This document shows positions 53,454 to 64,000 of a stretch of 64,000 nucleotides of DNA, piece after piece. This stretch comes from an uncultured Gemmatimonadales bacterium (GTDB lineage Bacteria; Gemmatimonadota; Gemmatimonadetes; Longimicrobiales; Gaopeijiaceae): assembly GCA_963823035.1 (NCBI GenBank), contig CAWGKG010000011.1, positions 32,001 to 96,000 on the forward strand. The letters run 5' to 3'. A model generated the notes under the pieces. That model saw nothing but the letters and a program-made list of their open reading frames with translations, did no database searches and was not told the origin of the DNA. The translations under genes were made by a program, and so were the position numbers. Within the stretch, counting starts at the first letter, position 1, and each line of letters opens with the position of its first letter.

Positions 53454-54925
53454 CCTGTGGGTCCCTCGACGGACGCGAGCCCCCGCTCGACGTCGACGAG
53501 CGCGGAAGGGTAGTCCCCCGAGAAGCAGGCGGTGCAGTAGGGTGCGCCGTCCTCCACGGCCTGCACCATGCCGTCGAGGGAGAGGTAGCCGAGCGACTCC
53601 ACGCCCAGCTGTTGCTCGATCTGCGGGATCTCGAGCTGTGAGCCCATGAGCTCGCTCTTCGTGGGCATGTCGATCCCGTAGAAGCAAGGGAAGCGCACGG
53701 GCGGGCTGGCGATGCGGAAGTGCACCTCGGCGGCGCCCGCCGCGCGCAGCATGCGCACCAGGCTCCGGCTCGTGGTGCCGCGCACGAGGGAGTCGTCCAC
53801 GACCACGATGCGCTTCCCGGCCAACACCTCGCGCACGGGGTTGTACTTCATGCGCGCGCCGAAGTCGCGGTCCTTCTGCAAGGGCTGGATGAACGTGCGC
53901 CCCACGTAGTGGTTGCGCAGGAGGCCCAGCTCGAAGGGGATCCCGCTCTCCTCCGCGAAGCCCAGGGCCGCCGAGTTCGCGCTGTCCGGCACGGCGATGA
54001 CGGCGTCGGCATCCACAGGATGTTCCTGGGCGAGGCGACGTCCGAAGGCCCGCCGCGCGGCGTCTACGCTCCGTCCCCAGATGCGTGAGTCGGGGCGGGC
54101 GAAGTAGACCAGCTCGAAGATGCACGGCGCGGGGCGGTCGGCGGGGGGAAGGGAGCGCAGGTGCGTGAGCTTCTTCCCCCGGATCTTGAGGACCTCGCCC
54201 GGCTCCACGTCACGGATGTACTCCGCGCCCATGATGTCGAGGGCGCACGTCTCGCTGGTGACGATATGGCCGCCGTCGAGCCGGCCGAGCACCAGGGGGC
54301 GGAAGCCCCGCGGATCACGCACGGCGTAGATCGTGTCGCCGACGGACAGCACGAGCGAGTAGGCTCCCTCGAGGTGCGTGAGCGCGTCGTCGATCTGGGC
54401 GTCGACGGTCTCGTGGCGCGACTTGGCGATGAGGTGGACGAGGATCTCCGAGTCCGACGTGGTCCGGAAGATGGCGCCCTCTTCGACGAGCCGGTTCCTC
54501 AAGTCGCGTTGGTTCGTGAGGTTGCCGTTGTGCGCGAGCGCCATCTCCCCGCGGAAGTAGCGTGCGGTGATGGGCTGCACGTTCTCGAGGGTGCTTCCCC
54601 CGGCCGTCGAGTAACGGACGTGCCCCACCGCCGTGGACCCCTCCAGGCGCGACAACGTGGCCACGTCGAAGACCTCGGAGACGAGGCCGGCGCCCTTGTG
54701 CGCCCGGCTGATGCCGTCCCTGCCGATCGCGACGATCCCCGCAGCTTCCTGCCCCCTGTGCTGGAGGGCGTAGAGCGCCAGGAAGGCGAGCTCCGCCGCG
54801 CTGGCGACGCCCGACACGGCGACGACGCCGCACTCCTCGTGCGGTCGGTCGTCGAGCTCGTACGTCGGCGCGGTGGGTCCGGCCGGCATCGGCGCGCGGG
54901 GGAGGACGGGCAGGGGCACGGGCAT
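53447..54925 (-). CDS. purF: Amidophosphoribosyltransferase (propeptide, Fe-S type)
   Basis: EECGV, LQHRGQE, GHVRYST, VVVDDSLVRGTT, PCFYGID and CTACF. Confidence 0.97.
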   Translation of the reverse strand: MPVPLPVLPRAPMPAGPTAPTYELDDRPHEECGVVAVSGVASAAELAFLALYALQHRGQEAAGIVAIGRDGISRAHKGAGLVSEVFDVATLSRLEGSTAVGHVRYSTAGGSTLENVQPITARYFRGEMALAHNGNLTNQRDLRNRLVEEGAIFRTTSDSEILVHLIAKSRHETVDAQIDDALTHLEGAYSLVLSVGDTIYAVRDPRGFRPLVLGRLDGGHIVTSETCALDIMGAEYIRDVEPGEVLKIRGKKLTHLRSLPPADRPAPCIFELVYFARPDSRIWGRSVDAARRAFGRRLAQEHPVDADAVIAVPDSANSAALGFAEESGIPFELGLLRNHYVGRTFIQPLQKDRDFGARMKYNPVREVLAGKRIVVVDDSLVRGTTSRSLVRMLRAAGAAEVHFRIASPPVRFPCFYGIDMPTKSELMGSQLEIPQIEQQLGVESLGYLSLDGMVQAVEDGAPYCTACFSGDYPSALVDVERGLASVEGPTGC

Positions 54926-54929
54926 GGGT

Positions 54930-57230
54930 TCAGGCTCCCGATATGGCCGGAGCATCCATGATGCGCGGGATGGCTCCGAAGAAGGCGTCGGCGACGCGCG
55001 TGGCGTCGACCTCCACCATGGCGTTCTTCAACTGGATACGGAGCGGCGCGTCGGGCTCTCCGACCGTGCCGATGCGGCGCGCGGGCACGCCGTGGCGCTC
55101 CGCGATCCGCAGCACGGCCCCGGCGTGCTCGGGCGCGCACGAAACCAGCACGCGTCCGTTGGCCTCGCCGAAGAGGACCGCGACCGGCGGGAGGTCGTCG
55201 TCGAGCGCGACGTCCACGCCGCGTGGCGCCTCGCCGGAGCCCAGCGCGGACTCGGCCAGCGCGCAGGCCAGGCCGCCCTCGGCGCAGTCGTGCGCGGACC
55301 GGATCGTGCGCTCGCGGATCATGGCGAGCACGGCCTGCTGCAGGCTGCGCTCGGCCAGGAGGTCCACGGCCGGGGCCGCGCCCGCCACCATGTCCGCCGT
55401 GACGTAGAGGTACTCCGAGCCACCCAGCTCGGCCGTGTTGCGGCCCAGGAGGATCACCGAATCACCCGCGGCCTGGAACGCCTGCGGCGTGATGTGGTCG
55501 ACATCCTCGATCACGCCCACCATGCCGATGACCGGCGTCGGGAGGATCGCCCGCCCGTCCGTCTCGTTGTAGAAGGAGACGTTGCCGCCGGTGACCGGGG
55601 TCTCGAAGATCCGGCACGCCTCCGCCATCCCCAGCACCGCCTCGCGGAACTGATGGTAGATGTGCGGCTTGAGGGGGTTGCCGAAGTTCAGGTTGTTCGT
55701 GATCGCGGTGGGGTGCGCGCCGACGCACACGAGGTTCCGCGCCGCCTCGGCGACCGCGGCGCGGGCTCCGGTGCCGGGGTCGAGGTAGACGAAGCGGCCG
55801 TTGCAGTCCGTGGTGGCGGCCACGGCCCGGCGGGTGCCGCGGATGCGCACCACGCCGGCGTCTCCGCCCGGACGCACCGCGGTCGAGGTGCGCACCGTGG
55901 TGTCGTACTGGCCGTAGACCCAGCGCTTCGACGCGACGTTCGGCGAACCGACCATGCGCAGGAAGAGCTCGGTCAGGTCGCCCGTCGGTGCGGCGTGCTC
56001 GCTCAGGTCGAGGGCGCGCAGCGCCGCGACCTCCGGGTCCTCGACGCCCTCGCGCTCGTAGGTGGGGCATCCCTCCGTGAGGGGGAGGGCGGGGATGTCG
56101 GCGACCGTGCGCCCGTTCTCGAGGACGCGGAAGCGGCCGTCGTCCGTGACCCGGCCGATCACGGCGGCTTCGAGCTCCCACTTCTCGAGGATGCGCCGTA
56201 CCTCGTCCTCCTGGCCGGGCCTCGCGACCACGAGCATCCGTTCCTGCGACTCGGAGAGGAGGATCTCGTAGGGCGTCATCCCGGGCTCGCGTACGGGCAC
56301 GAGCGCCGTGTCGATCTCGACGCCACTGCCCCCGCGGCCGGCCATCTCCGAGGCCGACGACGTGATTCCGGCCGCACCCATGTCCTGGATGCCCGTGATG
56401 GCGCCGCTCGCGATCAGCTCGAGGCTGGCCTCCAGAAGGAGCTTCTCCGTGAAGGGGTCCCCGACCTGCACCTGTGGGCGGCTGCTCTCGTCGGAGTCCT
56501 CGCTCAGCTCCTCGGAGGCGAACGTGGCGCCGTGGATGCCGTCGCGGCCCGTGCGCGCGCCGACGGCCATGAGTGGGCTGCCGGTGCCGGACGCGGAAGC
56601 GGTGATGAGCTCCTCCCGCTTGAGGAGGCCCAGGCACATCGCGTTCACGACCGGATTGCCCTCGTAGCCCCGGTCGAAGAAGGTCTCACCACCGATGTTG
56701 GGGATCCCGACGCAGTTGCCGTAATCGCCGACGCCCGCGACCACGCCCGAGAAGAGGTAGCGGACGCGCCCCGAGTCCAGGTCACCGAAGTGGAGCGAGT
56801 CGAGGACCGCGATGGGACGGGCGCCCATCGTGAAGATGTCGCGCAGGATGCCGCCCACGCCCGTCGCGGCGCCCTGATAGGGCTCCACGGCGGAGGGGTG
56901 GTTGTGCGATTCGATCTTGAACGCCAGCGCGTAGCCGTCGCCGATGTCGATCACTCCGGCGTTCTCGCCGGGACCCTGGATGACCCAGGGCGCCTCGGTC
57001 GGCAGCAGGCGCAGCATGCGCTTGGAGTTCTTGTAGCCGCAGTGCTCCGACCACATGGCGCTGAACACGCCGAGCTCCGTGAAGGTCGCCTCGCGCCCCA
57101 GGATACGCACGACGCGCTGGTATTCCTCCTCCGAGAGGCCGTGGCCGGCGACCACCTCGGGGGTGACGTGGGGATCGCCGGGGCGGGGTGGAACGCGCGT
57201 CGCGTGGGTGGTGCCCTGTGCCGTGCTCAC
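54930..57230 (-). CDS. purL: FGAM synthase subunit PurL (small type)
   Basis: [23 protein letters not shown] and LSESQERM. Confidence 0.97.
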   Translation of the reverse strand: MSTAQGTTHATRVPPRPGDPHVTPEVVAGHGLSEEEYQRVVRILGREATFTELGVFSAMWSEHCGYKNSKRMLRLLPTEAPWVIQGPGENAGVIDIGDGYALAFKIESHNHPSAVEPYQGAATGVGGILRDIFTMGARPIAVLDSLHFGDLDSGRVRYLFSGVVAGVGDYGNCVGIPNIGGETFFDRGYEGNPVVNAMCLGLLKREELITASASGTGSPLMAVGARTGRDGIHGATFASEELSEDSDESSRPQVQVGDPFTEKLLLEASLELIASGAITGIQDMGAAGITSSASEMAGRGGSGVEIDTALVPVREPGMTPYEILLSESQERMLVVARPGQEDEVRRILEKWELEAAVIGRVTDDGRFRVLENGRTVADIPALPLTEGCPTYEREGVEDPEVAALRALDLSEHAAPTGDLTELFLRMVGSPNVASKRWVYGQYDTTVRTSTAVRPGGDAGVVRIRGTRRAVAATTDCNGRFVYLDPGTGARAAVAEAARNLVCVGAHPTAITNNLNFGNPLKPHIYHQFREAVLGMAEACRIFETPVTGGNVSFYNETDGRAILPTPVIGMVGVIEDVDHITPQAFQAAGDSVILLGRNTAELGGSEYLYVTADMVAGAAPAVDLLAERSLQQAVLAMIRERTIRSAHDCAEGGLACALAESALGSGEAPRGVDVALDDDLPPVAVLFGEANGRVLVSCAPEHAGAVLRIAERHGVPARRIGTVGEPDAPLRIQLKNAMVEVDATRVADAFFGAIPRIMDAPAISGA

Positions 57231-57272
57231 GATGGGGTCAGCTCTTCCGGGTAGCGGTGGATCGGTGCGAGG

Positions 57273-57971
57273 TCAGGTACCGGCCGGCGCGAGGCTGCGG
57301 GCGAGCGAGGTGAACACGCCCACCCCGTCCGACGAGCCGAGGAGCGGCTCCATGGCACGCTCGGGGTGGGGCATCATGCCCAGCACGTTGCCGCGCTCGT
57401 TCAGGATGCCGGCGATGTTGTGCAGCGAACCATTCGGGTTGGCCTCGGACGTGGCGGCTCCGGAGGCGTCCACGTAGCGGAACACGACGCGTCCCTCTCC
57501 CTCGAGCCGCTCGAGCGTGGCGTCGTCGGCCTCGTAGTTCCCCTCGCCGTGCGCGATCGGGATGCGGAGGATGTCGCCCTCCGCGTACTCGGAGGTGAAC
57601 ATCGTGCCCTCGCGCTCGACCCGGAGCAGGACGTCGCGGCTCTCGAAGTGGAGGGAAGCGTTGCGCACGAGGGCGCCGGGGAGGAGCCCGGCCTCGCACA
57701 GGATCTGGAAGCCGTTGCAGACGCCGAACACGGGGCCGCCGCGGTCGGCGAAGGCCACCACGTCCTCCATGATGGGGCTCATGCGCGCGATGGCGCCGGC
57801 GCGCAGGTAGTCCCCGTACGAGAAGCCGCCCGGGAGCATCACGGCGTCGTAGCCCTCGAGGCCGCGCTCACGGTGCCAGACGAAGGTCGGCTCCCCGTGG
57901 ACCTGTTGGATGGCTTTGTACAGGTCGTAGTCGCAGTTCGAGCCCGGGAACGTCACCACAGCGACCTTCAT
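57273..57971 (-). CDS. purQ: FGAM synthase glutaminase subunit
   Basis: [25 protein letters not shown] and GMMPHPER. Confidence 0.97.
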   Translation of the reverse strand: MKVAVVTFPGSNCDYDLYKAIQQVHGEPTFVWHRERGLEGYDAVMLPGGFSYGDYLRAGAIARMSPIMEDVVAFADRGGPVFGVCNGFQILCEAGLLPGALVRNASLHFESRDVLLRVEREGTMFTSEYAEGDILRIPIAHGEGNYEADDATLERLEGEGRVVFRYVDASGAATSEANPNGSLHNIAGILNERGNVLGMMPHPERAMEPLLGSSDGVGVFTSLARSLAPAGT

Positions 57972-58240
57972 CGGCGCGCTTCCTCCATCTCCATGCACGC
58001 GGCGACCTCGAAGTCCTCCGTGACGGGGTTCGCGAGGATCTTCCGGCACATCGCCTCGGCGACGTCCATCGCGTCGACGGCGGAGGCGGCCTCGAGCTCC
58101 ACGTAGATGGCCTTGCCCACACGCACGTCGGACACCTCGTCCCAGCCGAGGGAGTTGAGCGCGTGGTGGATGGCCTTGCCCTCGGGATTCAGGAGCCCGG
58201 GGCGGGGCTTCACGCGGATCTCCAACTGGAAGTTGCTCAA
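57968..58240 (-). CDS. purS: FGAM synthase subunit PurS
   Basis: [14 protein letters not shown] and [17 protein letters not shown] start overlaps the pssA stop. Confidence 0.93.
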   Translation of the reverse strand: MSNFQLEIRVKPRPGLLNPEGKAIHHALNSLGWDEVSDVRVGKAIYVELEAASAVDAMDVAEAMCRKILANPVTEDFEVAACMEMEEARR

Positions 58241-59124
58241 GCGTTCTCCTCCTCGTGGTCGTCGTCCCGCCCCTCGTCCGGGGCTGGGTAAAGGGGGCCC
58301 AGCGCGCCGTAATCCAGCACGCGCACCTCGGAGCCGTGGTCGTCGTCCTCGTCCTCGTCGAGCAGCGGGTCGCCTCCCGGGAGACGCTCCAGCAGGCCCA
58401 GCAGGACGGACTTCACCAACCCCCACGTGAGGTAGAGCAGAAGGAAGGTGAAGAAGAAGTATTGGGGGATCAGGATGGCCGCGAACATGCACGCGAGCAC
58501 GAACGCGGTCGACGCCAACCCGCGGGCGGTGCGCAGCCCGATGCGCGGAACCTTGGGGTAGGGGATGTGGCTCACCAGCAGCACGCCGAGCAGCACCACC
58601 GACACGCCCATGATCTGCGGCCAGGGCATCTCGGCCAGGTAGGTCTGGTAGAACGTGGTGCGGCTGAACGGATAGTAGGAGGCGAGCAACATGCCCGCCG
58701 CGGGCGAGGGCAGGCCGTGGAAGTAGCGCTTCGCCTCGCCGCCCTGCTCGATGTTGAAGCGCGCCAGGCGCACCACCACCGCGGTGATGTAGACGTACGA
58801 GAGCGTCCAGCTCCACTGCGTGTCCGAGAAGAACAGCTGGTAGAGGATGTAGCCGGGCGCGACGCCGAACGAGATCGCGTCGACGAGTGAGTCCAGCTCC
58901 GCGCCGAAGCGGGTGCCCGTGCGTGTGAAACGCGCGATGCGTCCGTCCAGCACGTCCAGGACGCCCGCGAAGATGATCGACCAGCCGGCCCAGCTCAGGT
59001 CCCCGCGCGAGGCCGCCACGATCGCGTGGATACCGAAGAAGAGGTTGCCCAGCGTGAACGCCGACGGGAGGATGATGATGCCCCGTTGGAGCGTCTCCTT
59101 CCGGGGAGGGCGGGGGGCCCTCAT
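58237..59124 (-). CDS. pssA: CDP-diacylglycerol--serine O-phosphatidyltransferase
   Basis: [42 protein letters not shown] and FHGLPSP. Confidence 0.94.
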   Translation of the reverse strand: MRAPRPPRKETLQRGIIILPSAFTLGNLFFGIHAIVAASRGDLSWAGWSIIFAGVLDVLDGRIARFTRTGTRFGAELDSLVDAISFGVAPGYILYQLFFSDTQWSWTLSYVYITAVVVRLARFNIEQGGEAKRYFHGLPSPAAGMLLASYYPFSRTTFYQTYLAEMPWPQIMGVSVVLLGVLLVSHIPYPKVPRIGLRTARGLASTAFVLACMFAAILIPQYFFFTFLLLYLTWGLVKSVLLGLLERLPGGDPLLDEDEDDDHGSEVRVLDYGALGPLYPAPDEGRDDDHEEENA

Positions 59125-59788
59125 GCGCGACGCCTCCACGGGTTGGCGGGCCAGGACGGTGACGCCGACGCGGACGCGGTCGCCGACCGCGCAGGTGACC
59201 TCCCAGGCGAGCGGGAGGAAGAGGTCGACCCGGGAGCCGAAACGGATGAGGCCGATGCGCTCGCCCCGCTCGACGCGTTGACCCTCGACGCGGGTCGGTG
59301 ACGATCCGGCGGGCCACGAGGCCGGCGATCTGGCGCACGAGCACCTTCCCGTACGGTGTGTCCAGCCCGAGCGACGCCTGCTCGTTGTCCTCGGAGGCCT
59401 TGTCGGCCCAGGCGACCGCGTACGTCCCCGGCTTGTACGTGCGGTGCGCGACCGTCCCGTCGAGCGGCGAGCGCTGGACGTGCACGTCGAAGATGCTCAG
59501 GAAGATCGAGATCTTGCGCGCGCGCCCACCCAGGAAGGTGGGCTCGTCGGCCTCGTCCACCAGGATGACCCGTCCTTCACCGGGCGCCAGCACCAGGCCG
59601 GGCGCTCCGGGCACCGCGCGCCGCGGGTCGCGGAAGAACCACACCGTGAAGAGCGCGAGCACGGTGAACAGCCCCGCCAGGGCCTGCACCCAGGCGCCGC
59701 CCATGCCGGTGGCCACCGCCAGCCAGCCGGCGGCCGCCAGGACCACGCCGGCGCCGATGAACGGGATGCCCTCGCGCGCGAATCTCAT
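59121..59788 (-). CDS. psd: Phosphatidylserine decarboxylase proenzyme, apparent +1 frameshift at ~59290; C-terminal frame runs into pssA as sequenced
   Basis: FFRDP, SIFLSIFDVHVQR, QIAGLVARRI, then GLIRFGSRVD (GS cleavage site) in the next frame. Confidence 0.92.
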
Positions 59789-60729
59789 CGATCTCCCGGG
59801 AAACGGGGAAGCTCGAAGTCGTCGAGCGTCCGGCCGGTGAGCCGCTGGAAGACGTGCTGGTAGCGCTCGGAGGCCGCGTCGACCACCTCGTCGGGGAGGC
59901 GCGGCGGGGGCGGGGTCTTGTCCCAGTCGTCGAGCGCATCCAGCCAGTCGCGGATGGGCTGCTTGTCGAGCGAAGGCTGCCCTCGTCCCGGCGCGTACTG
60001 CTCCTTCGGCCAGAAGCGCGACGAGTCGGGCGTCATCACCTCGTCGATGAGGAGGAGGCGACCCGAGGGTTCGTGCCCGAACTCGAACTTCGTGTCCGCG
60101 AGGATGATGTCGTGCTCGGCGGCGACGTCGCGCCCGAAGGCGTACACCTGCAGAGCGCGTGCCCTCAGGGTGGCGGCGAGCTCGGCACCCAGGATCTCTC
60201 CCATGCGCCCGAAGGTGATGTTCTCGTCGTGGCCTTCCTGCGCCTTCGTGGCCGGCGAGAAGATCGGCGGATCCAGTCGGTCGGACTCGCGCAGCCCGTC
60301 GGGTAGCGCCTCGCCGGCGAGGGTGCCCTCTGCCCGATACTCCCTCCACGCGGACCCGGAGATGTAGCCGCGCACCACGCATTCCACGAGCACCGGGCGC
60401 GTGCGCCGCACCAACATGGCGCGCCGCGCCCATGCCCCGCGGGTCGCCTCCAGCGCGGGGTGGCGCGCGACGATCTCGTCCGGGTCGACGGCCAGGAGGT
60501 GGTGGTCGATCCGGCCCGTGAGGCGGGACAACCACCAGGACGTGATCAGCGTGAGGACCTCGCCCTTGCGCGGGACGGGTCGACCCATGACCACGTCGAA
60601 GGCGCTCACGCGGTCCGACGCCACCATGAGCAGCGTCTCTTCGTCGACCGCGTAGACGTCCCGCACCTTGCCGCGGTGCAGGAGGTCGAGCCCCTCGATC
60701 TCCGACTGGAGCACGGGTGCCTCAGACAC
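59785..60729 (-). CDS. purC: SAICAR synthetase
   Basis: GKVRDVY, SDRVSAFD, ECVVRGY, DTKFEFG and TPDSSRFW. Confidence 0.97.
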   Translation of the reverse strand: MSEAPVLQSEIEGLDLLHRGKVRDVYAVDEETLLMVASDRVSAFDVVMGRPVPRKGEVLTLITSWWLSRLTGRIDHHLLAVDPDEIVARHPALEATRGAWARRAMLVRRTRPVLVECVVRGYISGSAWREYRAEGTLAGEALPDGLRESDRLDPPIFSPATKAQEGHDENITFGRMGEILGAELAATLRARALQVYAFGRDVAAEHDIILADTKFEFGHEPSGRLLLIDEVMTPDSSRFWPKEQYAPGRGQPSLDKQPIRDWLDALDDWDKTPPPPRLPDEVVDAASERYQHVFQRLTGRTLDDFELPRFPGDR

Positions 60730-62167
60730 GGACTTCGGGCTCCCCGACCCGCTCGGCCCGGGCACCGTAGCGCGCGAGCACGGGCGCCACCCAGCCGTCG
60801 AGGAGATGGGCCACCTGCTCGGGCGCCCTTCCCACGTAGCGGTGGGGATCCATGAGCGCATCGAGGTCCGACGTGCTCAGGCCGAAGGCATCGTCCGCGG
60901 CGATGCGCTCGAGGAGGTCGGCCTTCGCGCCCTCCTCCTTCATGCGCCGGGCGGCTTCCAGGGAGTGCTTGCGGATGCGCTCGTGCAGCTCCTGCCGGTC
61001 GCCCCCGCGCGCGGTCGCGCCCATGAGGATGTTCTCGGTGGCCATGAAGGGGAGGTGCTCCTCGAGGTTGCGGCGAACCACCTGCGCGTTGACGTGCAGC
61101 CCGGAGGCGACGTTCTCGACCAGCACCAGCGTGCCGTCGAGCGAGAGGAAGGCGTCCGGGATCGAGAGGCGGCGGTTGGCCGAGTCGTCCAGCGTGCGCT
61201 CGAGCCACTGCGTGGCCGCCGTGATGGCCGGGTCCTGTGCCAACGTGATGACGTGGCGGGCCAGAGCGCAGATCCGCTCGGCACGCATCGGATTGCGCTT
61301 GTACGGCATCGCGGACGAGCCGATCTGCTCGCTCTCGAAGGGCTCCTCCACTTCGCGCAGGTGCGCCAGGAGGCGCAGGTCGTGGCCCAGCTTGGAGGCG
61401 GAGACGGCCACGCCGGCGAGCGTCGACTGGACCTGGTGGTCGACCTTGCGCGTGTAGGTCTGGCCGCTCACCGGATAGCTCTCGTCGAAGCCCATGCGAC
61501 GGGCCACCGCCGCGTCGAGCGCCTCGACCTTCGCGTGGTCCCCGCCGAACAGCTCCAGGAAGGAGGCCTGCGTCCCCGTGGTACCCTTCACGCCGCGGAA
61601 GCGCAGCGTGGCCAGGCGGAACTCGATCTCCTCGAGGTCGAGGAGGAAGTCCTGGATCCAGAGCGTCGCACGCTTGCCCACCGTGGTCGGCTGCGCCGGC
61701 TGGAAGTGCGTGTAGCCGAGCGTGGGGAGGGCGGCGTGCTCTCGGGCGAAGTCCGCCAGCGCCGCGACGCAGCGCACGATCCGGTCGCGGATCAGCTCGA
61801 GCGCCGCCCGGTGCAGGATGAGGTCCGTGTTGTCGCCGATGAACGCGCTCGTCGCCCCCAGGTGGATGATCGGCCGCGCGCTGGGCGCGTCGTCACCGAA
61901 GAGGTGGACGTGCGCCATCACGTCGTGGCGGAAGCGCCGCTCGTACTCGGCCGCGCGCGCCAGGTCCACCGTATCGAGCGCGGCGCGCATCTCCTCGAGC
62001 GCACCCTCGGGGATCGTCAGCCCCAGCTCGCGCTCCGACTCGGCGAGCGCCAGCCACAGACGCCTCCACGTCCCAAAGCGGCGACCCGGCGAGAAGATCG
62101 ACTGCATCTCCCGCGAGGCGTACCGGTCCGAGAGCGGGTGGAGGTACCGATCCTGGCCTTCCGTCAC
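60722..62167 (-). CDS. purB: Adenylosuccinate lyase
   Basis: RHDVMAH, HLGATS, THFQPAQ and GSSAMPYKRNP. Confidence 0.97.
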   Translation of the reverse strand: MTEGQDRYLHPLSDRYASREMQSIFSPGRRFGTWRRLWLALAESERELGLTIPEGALEEMRAALDTVDLARAAEYERRFRHDVMAHVHLFGDDAPSARPIIHLGATSAFIGDNTDLILHRAALELIRDRIVRCVAALADFAREHAALPTLGYTHFQPAQPTTVGKRATLWIQDFLLDLEEIEFRLATLRFRGVKGTTGTQASFLELFGGDHAKVEALDAAVARRMGFDESYPVSGQTYTRKVDHQVQSTLAGVAVSASKLGHDLRLLAHLREVEEPFESEQIGSSAMPYKRNPMRAERICALARHVITLAQDPAITAATQWLERTLDDSANRRLSIPDAFLSLDGTLVLVENVASGLHVNAQVVRRNLEEHLPFMATENILMGATARGGDRQELHERIRKHSLEAARRMKEEGAKADLLERIAADDAFGLSTSDLDALMDPHRYVGRAPEQVAHLLDGWVAPVLARYGARAERVGEPEVRV

Positions 62168-62191
62168 GGCGTTCCTTTCTTCAGGGGATCC

Positions 62192-63672
62192 TCACCGACG
62201 CCAATAGAGGTCGCGTGCCACGTATCCGCCGTTGCGTTCGACGTAGATGCGCACGGAGCTGGGGCCCTTCAGCCCCTCGAAGATGCGCTTCGCGTCGTCG
62301 GCGCCGACCACGCGTGTCCGGTTCACCTGCACGAGCACGTCACCCCGCTGGATCCCGAGCTGCGCGGAAAGCCGGTCCGAGATCGATGCGATGAGCGCGC
62401 CCTGCTCGCTCATGATGCCGCGCTCGGCGCGGACCTGCGGCGTCACCGTGATGAGCTGCATGTCCTGCAGCACGGTCACCCGCTCGGCGGTCACCGACGG
62501 GAGCGCCGCGGCCGTCATGCGGACGGGGCGGGACCGCCCGTCGATCGAGAGCGAGAGGGTGTCCCCGGCCCGCATGTCCAGCATGACCGCCTCGAAGTCG
62601 AGCGGCGTGGTGAGCGGGCGTCCGTTCGCGCGCAGCAGCCGATCCCCGTTCGCGATGGCCGCGTCGTCCGCCGGAGAGCCCGTGGCGACGTTGGAGACGC
62701 GCACGCCGCGCGTGCGACCCCATTCGTCGGCTTCCATCGGCTCGACATCGACACCGACCCAGGCCCGCCGGACCTCGCCGTGGTCCACGAGGTCGTCGGC
62801 GACGCGCAGCGCGCGGTCGATCGGGATGGCGAAGCCCATCCCCTCGCTGCCGCCGCTACGCGTGAAGATCGAGGCGTTGATGCCGATCACCTGCCCGAGA
62901 GCGTTCACCAGCGGACCGCCGGAGTTCCCCGGATTGATCGAGGCGTCGGTCTGGATCATCCCCAGGTAGAAGCCCTCCTCGTCCGAGGAGGGGACGATGT
63001 TGCGGTCCACGGCGGACACGACGCCGGCCGTGACGGTGGGCTCCGCGTCGGAGAAGTAGTTGGCGAAGGGATTGCCGATCGCCAGGGCCCACTCGCCGAT
63101 CATGAGCCCCTGGGTGGTGCCGAGCGGGGCCACCGGGAGGTCCTTCCCCTGGATACGCAACACGGCCACGTCCGCGACCGGGTCGCTCCCCACCAGCTCG
63201 GCATCGAAGTCGCGACCGTCCGGGAGCGTGACCTTGATCTTCTCGGCGTTCCGGACCACGTGGTCGTTCGTGAGGATGATGCCGTCGGGGCGCACGATCA
63301 CGCCGGAGCCGAAGCCGGCGCTACGCCGTTGGCTCCCGGGCGGGAGGAACATGCTCTCCCACATGCTGGTGGGACGGACGGTCTCGCGGGCGATCACGCT
63401 CACGTTCACCACCGCGGGCGCCACCCGGTTCGCGGCCTGTACGATCGCGGTGGTCCTGGAGGCGTCCACCGACACCGTGGCGTGCTGTCGCGCCTCGGGG
63501 GGGGTCTGTCGGGGGGTCTGCGGGCGGAGCCTCCTGGGCGCGAGCGGCTCATCGAGCCGGCCTCCGTCTCGGCGGCCTGCGCCGTCCCCGTCATCGCGTG
63601 CCCGTCCGCACCGCACCCTCCCAGGAACAGAGGGAGCGCCAGTGCCGCCACCCGCCGACGCCACATCTTCAT
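62192..63672 (-). CDS. HtrA/DegP-family serine protease with two PDZ domains, probable lipoprotein; frame disruption at ~63500-63560
   Basis: LGGC lipobox in frame 63672; GSGVIV, TNDHVV, DVAVL and TDASINPGNSGGPL in frame 63664. Confidence 0.9.
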
Positions 63673-63694
63673 CTTCCTTCGTCCTTCCCGGATC

Positions 63695-64000
63695 TCAAAT
63701 TTCCGCGCCGAGCTTGTTCCAGTCCGCGAGGAACGCCTCGAGCCCTCTGTCGGTCAGGGGGTGCTTGGCGAGCTGCCAGAGCACCTTCGGGGGCATCGTC
63801 GCGCAATCCGCGCCGATCAGCATCGACTCGACGACGTGCGTCGGATGGCGCAGCGACGCGGCCAGGATCTCGGTGTCGAACCCGTAGTTGTCGTACACCT
63901 GGCGGATCTGGTGGATCAGCTGCATCCCCTCGCCGGAGATGTCGTCGATGCGTCCGACGAATGGCGACACGAAGGTAGCCCCCGCCTTCGCGGCGAGCAG
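63695..64000 (-). CDS. Transaldolase / fructose-6-phosphate aldolase, 3' part
   Basis: [25 protein letters not shown] and HPLTDRGL. Confidence 0.92.
   Translation of the reverse strand: MLAAKAGATFVSPFVGRIDDISGEGMQLIHQIRQVYDNYGFDTEILAASLRHPTHVVESMLIGADCATMPPKVLWQLAKHPLTDRGLEAFLADWNKLGAEI

Noticed and set aside
57968..60535. 855-aa ORF containing the Psd N-terminus and PurS
   Set aside because: Chance frame continuity caused by the psd frameshift; the middle is an off-frame translation of pssA
63486..63520. G-tract tandem repeat in htrA as a phase-variation switch
   Set aside because: It lies in a Pro-rich linker and cannot be distinguished from the window-wide indel errors

Overview
A very GC-rich bacterial chromosome segment made mostly of core genes. 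Gene order and protein style suggest Gemmatimonadota (inference only). Left to right: a sensor kinase, acyl-CoA ligase and GDPD; an ECF sigma / zinc anti-sigma / two DUF4097-protein module; a REC-PAS-GAF kinase, a thioesterase and a secreted TPR protein; the dcw cluster (mraZ-rsmH-ftsL-ftsI-murE-murF-mraY-murD-ftsW-murG-murC-ftsQ-ftsA-ftsZ); an M23 peptidase, a vWA-like membrane protein, ftsY, recG, asnS, a D-2-hydroxyacid dehydrogenase, mazG, alr and cdd; a lipoprotein plus beta-barrel pair; mtaB, miaB, a lapA-like gene, comEC and fbp; a stand-alone ~1010-aa acidic surface lipoprotein with a candidate sigma54 promoter; and a minus-strand run (tal/fsa-htrA-purB-purC-psd-pssA-purS-purQ-purL-purF-add). 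I saw no rRNA, tRNA, CRISPR array or mobile element. About 17 in-gene frameshifts, all net +1 and some in essential genes (ftsZ, murD, murF), plus two apparent gene fusions, are best read as insertion errors in the sequence. The most interesting items are the sigma54/IHF-type surface lipoprotein locus, phased repeats in the dcw promoter, a sharp codon-usage island in 5' murD, and the ECF-DUF4097 envelope-stress module. I found no clearly new multi-gene system; all calls come from reading motifs by eye, with no database searches.
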